NCBI GenBank assembly: GCA_028534125.1
Contig: CM052818.1
Coordinates: forward strand, 2,482,001 to 2,546,000
Length of the DNA stretch: 64,000 nt
Direction: 5' to 3'
From: Lama glama
Taxonomy: Eukaryota
Made by a program: the position numbers and the translations under genes. Within the stretch, counting starts at the first letter, position 1; every line of letters starts with the position of its first letter. Below are positions 53,290 through 64,000 of the stretch, in pieces. The notes below the pieces were generated by a model, which worked only from the letters and a program-made list of their open reading frames with translations, had not been told where the DNA came from and did no database searches.

Positions 53290-54150
53290 CGTGTAAAGAT
53301 CATTTACTTAATCGTGGTCTCCCAAGACCCTCACGCAGAGCGCCGCGTCCACTGAGCGTGTCCAGGACCCGAGAAGAGTTACTGGGACCGCAAAGTCGAG
53401 CGACAAGTGCCAGTGAGGCGTTCCATGGCGAGCTGACCCACTGGACGCCTCCGCACACACAACTTGCTTAGCGCTAAAGACCAGCCGACTGGGGACTAAC
53501 AGTCACGGGAGTGGGAGTCGGGGTGGGGGTCCCAACGCCGCGATGTGACGATGCCTTGGCGGGGAACCAGCCGGCCATCTCGCCCCTGCCTGTCCACCGC
53601 CTGCCAATTGCCCCTGAACATGGGAAAGGGCAGGGAGCCCAGGAAGTGCTCACCGCTTCAGCGGGTCCGTAGTCCGCAACGCCGCGGCGGTGGCGGAGAC
53701 GGAGCTCGGAGCAGCGGCCCCGGCTGCCGCCTGGGTTGTAGTCCCGGCAGGAACGTTGTCCCGCGGCATTGCCGGCCGCGCGCGCGCCACATCCGCGCAG
53801 CTCCTAGCGCTCCGCGCACGCCGGCCGTTTGGTCCCTGGGCTCAAGGCACCCTGCAGTGGGGCCCGCCCAGCCCCAAGGACGGCCAATGGGCGCAGCCCA
53901 TTCCCAAGGACCGCCAATGGGCGCGGAGCGCGGGAAGCCGGGGACGGGGCGGGAGCGGACAGGGCTGCCCAGCCACACTGCAGGCTCAGCGGTCCTCGCC
54001 CGCCCGCGGAGAGGCGTCCAGGTTTCCGCGTGGCCCAGCTTGGAAGTGTATTTCAGGTGAATGAGAAGAGGCGAGGAGAAACACATCCCGCAAATACAAG
54101 ATCTGTGAGTGTCTGAGACGTGCAGGACTCGCTTCTGATTTTGCGGGGTC
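53290..54150. promoter_or_regulatory. CpG island promoter
   Basis: Very high CpG density, CCAAT at 53884 and 53914, GC box ggggcggg at ~53946, ZNF143/SBS-like GGACTACAACCCAGGCGGC (minus) at 53726-53744. Confidence 0.92.
53654..53730 (-). other. Candidate first exon of a minus-strand, probably non-coding transcript
   Basis: Donor GCG|GTGAGC at 53653, downstream of CCAAT/GC/SBS motifs. TSS approximate. Confidence 0.5.
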
Positions 54151-54994
54151 TCTTTCTATTTTTAATCAAACATTTCATCTACTGTTTACAGAGCACCGAT
54201 TGAGGGCCAGCCACAGTGCTTGGGGACGCACGGCAATGAGAAATACCTCCTACTTTAAAGAATCCCCGACGGTCGGATACAGGAGATAAGGAAACAGGTA
54301 ATTAGGGGAGCCTGCATAAGGTGCATTCCAATTTCAAAAGTCCTGTTTTGCAATGGCGGTGGGAGGGAGATTTAGGCCAGGCGAGAACTGAAAATCATGC
54401 TACCCTGGAATTCTAGTGGCCATGATTAAGCGGAGAACAGTCCACACATCACTTATTTTCTTTTTTCTTTAAAGACGACTGGGTAGTATATGTAACAGTT
54501 AAAGTTTTCAATAGCCTCAAAAAAATATGACATGCAATGAAAAGAAAGTTTCCATCATCCACTGCCCCTAATTTTCTTTCCTTTTAGGCTACACTGTTAA
54601 CTAATTTCCTGCATATCTTTTCAGAGACATTCTGTGCATTAAATATGCCTGTGTATGTGAATTTTTACTCTTTCCCCAATCTCTCTCTCTCACACACACA
54701 CACCCACACCCACACCCACACACACCCAGTACTCCACACAGCTTTGCCACCTTGCTTTTTCTTCACTTACCACTGTATCTTGGATAACTTTGATTCTTTT
54801 TAATGATTGTATAGTATTCCATTAAAATATTGTTTCAGTTATGCTTCTGCAGCAATTTATCAGGGTACCTGTTTTACTGCATCTCTCTATACAGTATTTA
54901 TGAAACAATTTTTTAAAATTTCATTTCTGTGAGCATTCTGTTCATATCCTTTGCCTGTTTTTCTATTCAATGTTAGTCTTTTTTCTTAATTGTT

Positions 54995-54997
<3 letters not shown>

Positions 54998-55053
<56 letters not shown>
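54998..55053 (+). repeat. (TA)n(GA)n microsatellite
   Basis: Read directly from the sequence. Confidence 0.93.
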
Positions 55054-55054
<1 letters not shown>

Positions 55055-55348
55055 AGGCCTTTAGAGAGGTAACATGAGGTCATGGGGGAGGGGCCATAAC
55101 CTAATATGCCAGGTGTCCTTATGAAAAGAGGAGGAGACACCAAGGATATGCACACACACAGAACAGGCCATGTGAGGACATAGTAAGCATGTGACCATCT
55201 CCAAACCAATGACAGAGACTTCAGGAGAAACCAAAAGTGTGGATACCTTGATCTGGGACTTATAATCTCCAGAACTGTGATAAAATAAGTTTCTGTTGTT
55301 TAAACCACTCTGTAATATTTTGTTTTGCCAGCCCTAGCAAACTAATAT
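55055..55348. mobile_element. MaLR LTR fragment (MLT1A-like)
   Basis: ggtgtccttatgaaaagagg...ctccagaactgtgataaaataagtttctgttgtttaaacc...ctagcaaactaata. Confidence 0.8.
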
Positions 55349-56250
55349 AGCAAGAATGTGGAGAAATTGGAACCCTCTTACACTGCTGGTAGGAATGTAA
55401 AATGGTGCATCTACTTTGGAAAACAGTCTGGTAGCTCCTCAAAGAGTTAGATGTAGAGTTACGACCAAGCAATTGCTTTCTTACATATATACCCCCAAAC
55501 AACTGTGCACATAAATACTTGTGCTTGAATGTTTATAGCAACATTATAGTAGACAAAAAGTGGAGACAACCCACATGCCTGTCAGTTGGTGAATGGATAA
55601 AGAAATATGATATATCCATATAGTGGAATATCATTCATCAATAAAAAGGAATGAAGGAGCAGAGAGGGTATAGCTCAGCGGCAGAGTGCATGCTTAGCAT
55701 GCACAAGGTTCTGGGTTCGATCCCCAGTACCTCCATTAAAAATAATAATAATAAAAAATAGATAAACCTAATTACCTCCCCACTAAACAAAGTCAATTGT
55801 ATCTCAATAAAATTGGGAAAAAACACAAATATTAAAGGAAAACTCCAGTGGTAAGAAAAACCTGACGTTCAACAATTTATTTAAAAAAACAAAAGGAATG
55901 TAGGACGAATACATGCTACAACATGGAAAAAGTTGGCAAAATTATGTTAAGTGAGAGAAGCCAGTCACTAAGAACCACATGTTATATGATTCCATTTGTA
56001 TGAAATACCTGAAATGGGCAAATCTACAGAAACAGAAAGATTATTGGTACCTAAGGCTGGGGGTGGAATGAAAGGATTGGGAGTAATGACTAGAGGTAGA
56101 GGGTTCCATTCTGAGGTAGTGAAATGTTCTAAAATTTATTGTGATGATGGTTTCATAGCTCTGTGAATATACTAAAATTCATTGAATTGTACACTTTGAA
56201 TGGATGAATTGCATGGGTTTGTGAATTATATCTCAATAAAAGTATTAAAA
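55349..56250 (+). mobile_element. L1 (L1MB-like) 3' end containing a Vic-1-like SINE (~55660-55790)
   Basis: cactgctggtaggaatgtaaaatggtgc...gtgaattatatctcaataaa; SINE head gggtatagctcagcggcagagtgcatgcttagc. Confidence 0.85.
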
Positions 56251-58851
56251 CAGAATCAATATTTAGACTTCACTAGAGAAGGGGGTCAAAGCATCTGACC
56301 AAATATTTCATACATGAAGAAACTCAGAGCTTAAGGAACTTAATCTTGGGGAAATGATTAGCCTTGCTGCAAGGCTAATTGAAAATTACAAAGGAGAATA
56401 TTGGCAGAGCTAAGAAAAATGGTCAAACTCATAAACTGACAGTTATTTATTAGGACAACTGTTTTTGAAAGTACTGAGGCAAACACAAGATCTATGAAGT
56501 TATTCATATTTGTTCCATAATCCACATTTGGGATATTCCCTTAAAAGAATCCAAATGAGAATAATCAATTTTCACAAAATGTTTATAGCAGTACTATTCA
56601 AAATGCAAAACAAAATAAAACTGGAAATAACTCAAATACCCGATAATTGGAAGGGCACTTAATAACATAACAAACATGTACAATAAATGGGGGAAAGTGC
56701 ATGCAAAATAATGAGAAAGTAGAATATAAATGTTTCTAAATTCTGATGACTGTACATTGCACATGGTTGAGTATAAAGAGGAGAAAATTTAGTAATAAAT
56801 GTTACCAGAATTCTTCTTAGGAAAAACTGTCTTTGGGAAAATATTCCAATAAACTGTTTCTGGTATTAGGTGAGACTTTGAAAACATGGGTGTGAGCAGA
56901 AGCCCTAGCCACACAAGAAAAGTGGCTCTGCATGAAAACATGGAAGGAATCTCTTTTTGCTGCTGAGAGAGAGGGAGCGGGAGCTGGGAGAAGAGATGGG
57001 CCAAGCGAGGGAGGGATGGGAGAGGAGCTGAGAGGGGACTGAGAGCCTTACATAGGGACAGAGTGACGACATAAAGTCAGTCCGGGCTGCGTTGTAGAGG
57101 GAAGGCTGCTGGGAAATCGCTGGTGATTGGGTGGGTAGGAGATGGGACTATTAAAGGAACACAAGTGTCTGGTATACACATTTTAAGTTGTTTTCTCTGA
57201 TCTTAAAATGTCGCTAAAGCTCTGTGGGAATGGAGTTTTGTAAAAGGGAAGGAAGAGACTGAAGTTGAGGTTAGGACAGTGAAAAGACAGCACCACTGGA
57301 TTCAGGGGCTCAGGGCCAAAGAAGACGGAAGAAAATGAGCCCCTCAGAAATTACTGGGAATCTTGGGCTGGCCTCAGAACACCCAAACTGATGTTTGGGA
57401 GGATCGTACTTAAATTACAGAGGGAAGGGCCGCTCTAGCTGACATCTGCCTTACATAGGGATGGAACGATAACATAAAGTAATTGCAGGTGTTTTAAGTT
57501 TACAAGAGACTTAAATGTATGAAGTTTTAAAAAGTTCCCATTTGTTCTAACAATACTGATCACCATCCACTGACTGAAACAGAATGAATGGATCCTGGCT
57601 AAGCCCCTGCCGTGGCAAGTTCCAGTGGAAGTGATGTTTAGGTGCACCCTGGATAATGGCTGAGGGGAATGGAAATGAATACACAAGATGAAAAAATTAA
57701 CACCCAATCTCAGGTGGCAGCAGGGCTGGAGGGAATGTAGTTGGGCTGTCCAGCTTTTGAAAAAATTGTTCTATGTGTTTGTTGAAGTATCACTGGAGCA
57801 AAAATATGATCAAATGTTCAAGAACTGGCCTGTGAGAAAAGTTCACAGGGGAAAGGATTAATATGTAAAGGACTCTCGGTGAGCACATTGAAGTCCTTAA
57901 TTGCCCAGTTCCAGAATTCAGGACTTCCACTGACTCAGCCAGAGGAGGGTTACTAACCAGCTCAAATTTACAGATGGCAGATCTGTGGCACAAGGCCTAG
58001 AAGTGATTTTTCCCAAGGTTACAGAGCTAGCCAGAGGGTGGGCTGAAAATAGAACTGGACCTCACACTCCCATGAAGGCTGTATGATAACTTGTGTACTG
58101 TCAGCAAAGAGCTGAGGAATGAATGTCCTGGAGAGATTAGCATAGCTTTATGGCGAAAGGAGTCTTGCTCAACAATTGCAGATGTAACCTGACAACAGCA
58201 AATGACCTACCTAATCCTATAAACAGTAACAACCCAAGCACTTAAGCAAAAGTTTCAGAAAAAAAAAATTCCCTTTGACCCTTGCAAGATTTTTAAAATG
58301 CACAGCTCCACTATTATGAAGCCTCTACTTGTGTGGAGCTTGAACTGCAGAGGTCACCTTTCACCCTCTCCCTCTAAAGACTAAACTTCCAAATAATAAC
58401 TTGCAACACTGTAATACCGGCAAGCTTACAGGATCTTGCAAAAGTGTGTAAATGTTTTCATAGAGGCAGGGTTTTCTGGAGTCCCTCAGTGATAACTTTC
58501 TATAAGTTTCCTTACAGAATTAACAGAAGTGAAAAGTTGACTGGGATAGTCAGATAGTTAGAACCCCAGGGCTTAGCCACTAAATTTACGTCTCTAGGTA
58601 CCCAGGCCCTGGAGAGATTGCTCAGCTAGCTGCCGAGCTCTATCTGAGCTGCTCTGCTCAGAGTTTTATGCAAACAACTGTTAGGTAACTGTTCTCTAGG
58701 GTGCATTTTTATATTGCACTGATCCAGTTATTAGAAAACTTAAATAACTTATGTTTTCAGGAGTGTGGTTAATCCCATTCCCACTTTTCAGAAAGGATTC
58801 TTTGAGATGTTTGCTGTGTAAAGTGGGTTAATACTATCAGCCCGGGGGGGC

Positions 58852-58968
58852 TGGGGGATATAGCTCAATGGAAAAAGTATGTGCTTAGCACAGATGAGGT
58901 CCTGGGTTCAATTCCCGGTACCTCCATTCAGGACCTCCATCACAAATAAATAAATAAAAGTTAAAAAA
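58852..58968 (+). mobile_element. Vic-1-like SINE
   Basis: gggggatatagctcaatgg...gtcctgggttcaattcccggtacctcc + (TAAA)n. Confidence 0.85.
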
Positions 58969-59981
58969 ATTTTTTCAATCCAGCTCAGGTGGGAATATCA
59001 CAAATAATCACAGGCTATGGATTTTTTGATTGCTAGTTTCCTCCCTTTCATATAAGGGGTTGCACTATTTCTGTGTTGTGCCTTCTACAAGACCCCGACC
59101 AGAAACATAAAATCTAAATGTACTATAGAAGAAAGGAAGTGATAGGTCTAGCAACTATTTCTCAGAGAGCTGTCATCTCACTGGTAAGAGCAGTGGAAGC
59201 CAATCCCCTTTCCATAGCATAACGGTGTGTTTGAAAGCATATTACAGAAGCCCCATAAAAAGCAAGAACAATGGAACTATCTGGATATTTAAAGTATCCA
59301 CCAATAAAATCAGGGTTCTTAGAAATGTTACCTTTTGCAGGCAATATTTTATTAATATGTTAACAACCCAGTTATCGTGAGGTGAAGAAATAATCCAAAC
59401 ATTCAAATTTGCATGAAGCTTTTTGCTCCTTCGTCTCTTTTAGCATAAATATTTTGGTTGCTACCATTTTTTTTCCCTTTTAAGCAGCACAGTGACATAG
59501 GTTAAGATTTTCTGGTTAAATACACATAAATACATAGGTTAAATACATTTGGAGTGGGAGTGGATCTAGCTCTATTCAGATGCCTTTTATGCATTGTTGG
59601 CCATTCTCTCTAAATTCTGGCAATGTGCAGGATTTATCTCTGCTCACCCAAACATCACCTATGTTCCACACAGAAGGTGAAGAGTGTGAAAAACTCCAAG
59701 GGCTCAACAGTGTATCTGGATTCCTCCTTCACTCACTTCCACTCCTCCCTTCTCAGTTTGACCCATGCTCTGTTTTCCAGTTCTGTTTTATTTTCAACCC
59801 TGGTTTAGCAATTTCTGTATGCACAGTTCCAACATACAGACTATTTTCATTGATTCATGAGTTCACCCATCTACCTATTCACCAACATTTTTGTCACTGT
59901 AAGAGACATAAGCATTCTTAATAAGGCTGCAGTTGAATAAGGTAGATAGCCAAGTGACAAACACAATGTAAGATATATGGA

Positions 59982-60550
59982 ATATGCACCCCAGTGTTTG
60001 CAGCAGCACTATTTACATGGAAACAACCTAAAGTCCAGATGACTGGATAAAGAGGTTGTGGTATATTTATACAATAGAATACTATTCAGCCATTAAAAAG
60101 AATAAAATAATGCCATTTGCTGCAACATAGGTAGACCTGGAGATTGTCATTCTAAGTGAAGTAAGCCAGAAAGAGAAAGAAAAATACCATATGATATCAC
60201 TTATATGCAGAATCTAAAAAAAAGATACAAATGAACTTATTTACAAAACAGAAACGGACTCACAGACATAGAAGAGCTTGTGGTTATCGGGGGGAAAGGG
60301 AGTAGGAAGGGATAAATTGGGAGTTCGAAATTTGCAGATACTAGCTGCTATATATAAAATAGATAAACAACAAGCTTCTCCAGTATAGCACAGGGAACTA
60401 TATTCAATATTTTGTAGTAACCTATAATGAAAAAGAATACAAAAATGAATATATGTATGTATATATATGACTGAACCTTTATGCTGTACACTAGAAATTG
60501 ACACAACATTGTAAACTGACTGTATGTCAATAAAAAATAAAAATAAAAGA
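59982..60550 (+). mobile_element. 5'-truncated young L1 3' end
   Basis: Closely similar to 10150-10758; AATAAA and A tail. Confidence 0.92.
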
Positions 60551-60691
60551 ATATGTGACATAAGTGTTAGAGGTAAGCCATGAGGTCTGAAAGACTTAAG
60601 TTCAAATCTAGCTCTGCCATTTACTAGCTGAGTGACCTTGGTCGAATTATTGACCCTCACCGAGGTTCAGCTGCACTATTTGGGAAAGTGA

Positions 60692-61189
60692 GTGTGGCAG
60701 CTGTCTTTGAAGATGGCCCTCAGTGATCCCGGGATTCATGCCCTTGTGTATCTGCTTGCCTTGACTGAGGGCTGGACCTAGTGACTTACTTCTAACAAAC
60801 AGAAAACTGCAATTTTTTTTCTATGATGGAGATTCAAAAAACTGACTTACGTCTTACTGGATTTTTCTCTATTGCCTTCTTACTTCCATGCTTTCATGAA
60901 GTAAGCTGCCGTGTTAGAGAGCCCCATGTGGCAAAGAACTGAGGGCGGCCTCCAGCCAAAAGACAAGAAGGAACTAAATCCAGCCAACAATCATGTCAGT
61001 CAGCCTGGAAACAAATTGTTTCCCGATTGAGGCTTGTGATGGCCATAGTCTCGTTCCATACCTAGATTGCAGCCTGTGAAGCAGGGAACTCAGCTAAGCC
61101 AGCCCAGACTCAAACTAAGATAATAAATGTTGTTTAAAGCCACTAAGTTTTGGTGGTCATTTGTTACATAGTAGTGGATAAGTAATACA
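60692..61189. mobile_element. MaLR LTR (MLT1F/G-like)
   Basis: tgtggcagctgtctttgaagatggccc...tttaaagccactaagttttggtggtcatttgttacatagtagtggataagtaataca. Confidence 0.8.
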
Positions 61190-61782
61190 ATGAGATACCA
61201 TGTTCCTTGCAGAATTATTGGGAATCAGAATATATATGAGGATTATGATGATGATGAAGATGATGAAGGCAACCGGAGGGGACCTAAACTAAGCTTAAAA
61301 GAAGACTCGGAACCTGGCAGAAATGCTACAAATGTGAAGAAGATGTTTTTAGTGCTTGAGCCTGAGAGGTGTACAGGAGAGATGAAGGTATGGAGAGCAG
61401 GGTATTGTATTTCTCATTCAGGCCCTGACTGTGTCTGACTGATGAAAGGGACTTGTGAAAAAACTACAGTAGCAGATGTGTGAGGATTGGCGAACAAGAA
61501 ATGGTTCTTGGGGGCCCAGGTGACAAAGTTTAGCAAAGAACTAGGGTAAGGTGCATTCTCACACTTCTGCTCAGATTGGAGCGTGGCTCCAGCTATACAG
61601 TGAGAACCAAAAGGCAAGGACTTCCTGCCTTGGGAGCATGTGGAGCAGCACCCTTGGCAGGGAGGAAGGGTTCTCTTGGGGGACAGTGGCCATGGTAGAG
61701 ATATCAAGACCCTCCCACCTCTACTGAGATTGGTGCATAGCTCTTCCTGTGTTTGTGGCTGGTGAACAATAAGAAAGAGATT

Positions 61783-61965
61783 GGGGCGGGGGATAAGTTT
61801 CTTCTGTATAGCACAAGGAGCTATATTCAATATTTTGTAATAACCTTTAATGAAAAAGAATATGAAAACGAATATATGTATGCATGTGCATGTCTGGGAC
61901 ATTGTGCTATACATCAGAAATTGACACATTGTAACTGACCATACTTCAATTTAAAAAATAATTCA
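61783..61965 (+). mobile_element. Short young L1 3' end
   Basis: ctgtatagcacaaggagctatattcaata...cattgtaactgaccatacttcaat. Confidence 0.85.
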
Positions 61966-62314
61966 AAGAGAAAAAGAAAGAGACTAGGGAAGCGACCCAA
62001 GTACACTTGATTCTGGGCAGCTTCTGAGATAACAAAATGCGCTTAAAAAAATAAAAAATAAGATGCTCTTAAAAGAACGGGAGGACCAGCATCACCGTAA
62101 GCAAGTGGAATTTGGATTTTAGCTGTCTTAAAGGATGTGCAGCATTCTGACAAAGAAAGATAAACAGACACTCTATACGGAGGGAACAGCACAAGCAAAG
62201 ATTCAGAGCTGTGAACAGAAATCATTAAGGAAAAGCAAGTAGTCCCGTGTGACTAGGGAGAAGAGTACAAACTAGTTAACATTTCCTATTCTGATTCTGA
62301 TTTAGTCCCCAGAG

Positions 62315-62803
62315 CAGTGATTCTCAAACTTTTTGGTGTCAGTTTCCCTTCACACTCAAGAATTATTGGCGACCTCACAGAGCTTTTGTTTATGTGAGTC
62401 ATATCTTTTGAATATTTACTGGATGAGAAATTTAAATGGATAATTTTTTAAATATTTAGTTTGAAATGATCTAAAATAGCAATAATTAATATGTTAACAT
62501 AAATAGCATGTTTTATGAAAATTATTTCCCAAAACACAACAAAAATAAGTGAGAAGAGTGGCATTCTTTTGTATATCTGGAAGTCTTTTCTGTGTCTGAC
62601 TTAATAGAAGACAGCTGGGTTTTCATATTTGTTTCTGCATCAATCTGTTACAATATTACACGTCACATTGCTTCTGGAAAAACTGAGAATGAAAAATACG
62701 AATCATGTTTTTTGTATTATGAAAATAGTTTTGATCTCCCAGACCTTCTGAAAGAGTTTCAGGGACCCACAGAAGTTCCTGGACCAACCTTAGAAAATCA
62801 CTG
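62315..62803. mobile_element. hAT-Charlie non-autonomous element (MER119-like)
   Basis: TIRs cagtgattctcaa / ttagaaaatcactg. Confidence 0.75.
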
Positions 62804-62945
62804 TCCTAGAACTTTCTCTGAGAGAAAAAGCCAGAATTTACTAATGTAGTAATGATGATGATGATACTAATAGTATTACTGATAATGAACACTTACTGGT
62901 TGCTTACTATGTGCAGTTCTAAGTACTCACAAAAACCTAAGAAGT

Positions 62946-63089
62946 AGGGGGAAGGTATAGCTCAAGTGGTAGAGCACATGCTTAGCATACACAGGGTCCT
63001 GGGTTCAATCCCCAGTAACTCGTCAGAAAGTTAATAAGCCTATTTACCTACCCCCACCAAAAAAAATAATAAAATTAAATAATTTTTTA
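62946..63089 (+). mobile_element. Vic-1-like SINE inserted in a MIR
   Basis: Exact 15-bp TSD aaaaacctaagaagt at 62931-62945 and 63090-63104. Confidence 0.93.
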
Positions 63090-63749
63090 AAAAACCTAAG
63101 AAGTTCTTAAAATTATACTTTCCAGATGAGGAAACTAAGGGCAAAGAAGTTAAGTAACTCGCCTGGTTTACACAGCTAGTAAGCGGTGGTAAAACTGGGA
63201 TGTTCACGCAGGCAGCCTGGCTCCAAAGCCTGTCCTAACCATTGCACCATCGCGCGTCCTCAGCGGACAAAGGCCTGCAGTATAAGTGACAAAGGGTTGA
63301 GTCATCCCACTCTCCCACCCCCTACTCCCTCCTCTCCCTGCCATTTTAGATCTCAATGTTCTTTTCTCTTTCCCTCCCCGTTTAGGGAACTCATGTTTCT
63401 TTTCACTCTGCAGTAAGTCCTTGTCCATTGCCCGTTGTTCATTATTCCCACCACTCCATAGAAACTGCTCTCTCCTGAGGCACCAGCGGCCTTATAATTA
63501 CTAGATTCTGTTGCCAGTTTTCAGTCCTCATCCTCATTGCTGTGAGATGTGGGATATTTTTGACCATTTTCTTTTATATGAAAATTCTCCCTTTTATTGG
63601 TTATTCTGACACCAGACACTTTTATTTCTTTTACCACTTATCCAATAAAGAATATAAAAATAAATAAATAAACTGGTAACACCAATCCTTCATTGAGTAA
63701 ATGCATTGTAAGTATCTTCTTCCAGTTCATGGTCTGTCTTTTCACTCTT

Positions 63750-63946
63750 TTTTTTCTTTTTCTTTTCTTTCTCTCATTCTCTCTCTCTCTCCCTTTCTCT
63801 CTTTCCTTCTTTCTTTCTCTTTCCTTCTTTCTTCCCTTCTTTCTTTCTTTCCTTCTTTCCTTCCTCCCTTCCTTCATGGAGGTACTGGGGATTGAACCAA
63901 GGAACTTGTGTATGCATGCAGTCTACCACTGAGCTATACTCACCCT
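63750..63946 (-). mobile_element. Vic-1-like SINE with tail expanded to a GA-rich simple repeat
   Basis: atggaggtactggggattgaacc...ctgagctatactcaccc preceded by a CT-rich tract. Confidence 0.85.
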
Positions 63947-64000
63947 TAAGAATTTTCTTTTAATTCTTTATGAGGTCTTCCTCCTTGGCTTGTCCCTTAA

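Noticed and set aside
53545..54116. Overlapping ORFs, and a ~59-aa spliced ORF from ATG 53769
   Set aside because: CpG-island artefacts; no family resemblance, and the ATG probably lies upstream of the TSS
61190..61438. 82 aa ORF with an acidic run
   Set aside because: The acidic run is a (GAT)n simple repeat at the tail of a MIR-like fragment

Overview
This is mammalian genomic DNA, most likely camelid: it carries at least 9 copies of a tRNA-derived SINE matching Vic-1 and several young L1 3' ends. No intact protein-coding exon could be recognised; the supplied ORFs are repeat-derived, CpG-island artefacts or span the N gap. The layout has four parts. (i) A CpG-island promoter at ~8.55-9.5 kb (NRF1, YY1, ETS motifs) drives an unidentified minus-strand gene with a probable 5'UTR exon at ~2.0-2.1 kb. 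(ii) A ~30 kb L1/L2/MaLR/ERV-LTR-rich interval follows, with a strong CTCF site at 31.7 kb. (iii) A small CpG-rich element at ~40.7-41.0 kb abuts a near full-length but decayed Charlie8/MER102 hAT transposon (41.26-43.61 kb), whose transposase remnant aligns by eye to the GTF2IRD2 C-terminal domain. (iv) A second CpG-island promoter at ~53.3-54.1 kb, with duplicated CCAAT boxes, drives a probable spliced minus-strand non-coding transcript. The 500-N gap is flanked by an exact 199-bp duplication and is probably a false gap. Repeat family names were assigned from recalled consensus sequences and need RepeatMasker/Dfam confirmation.
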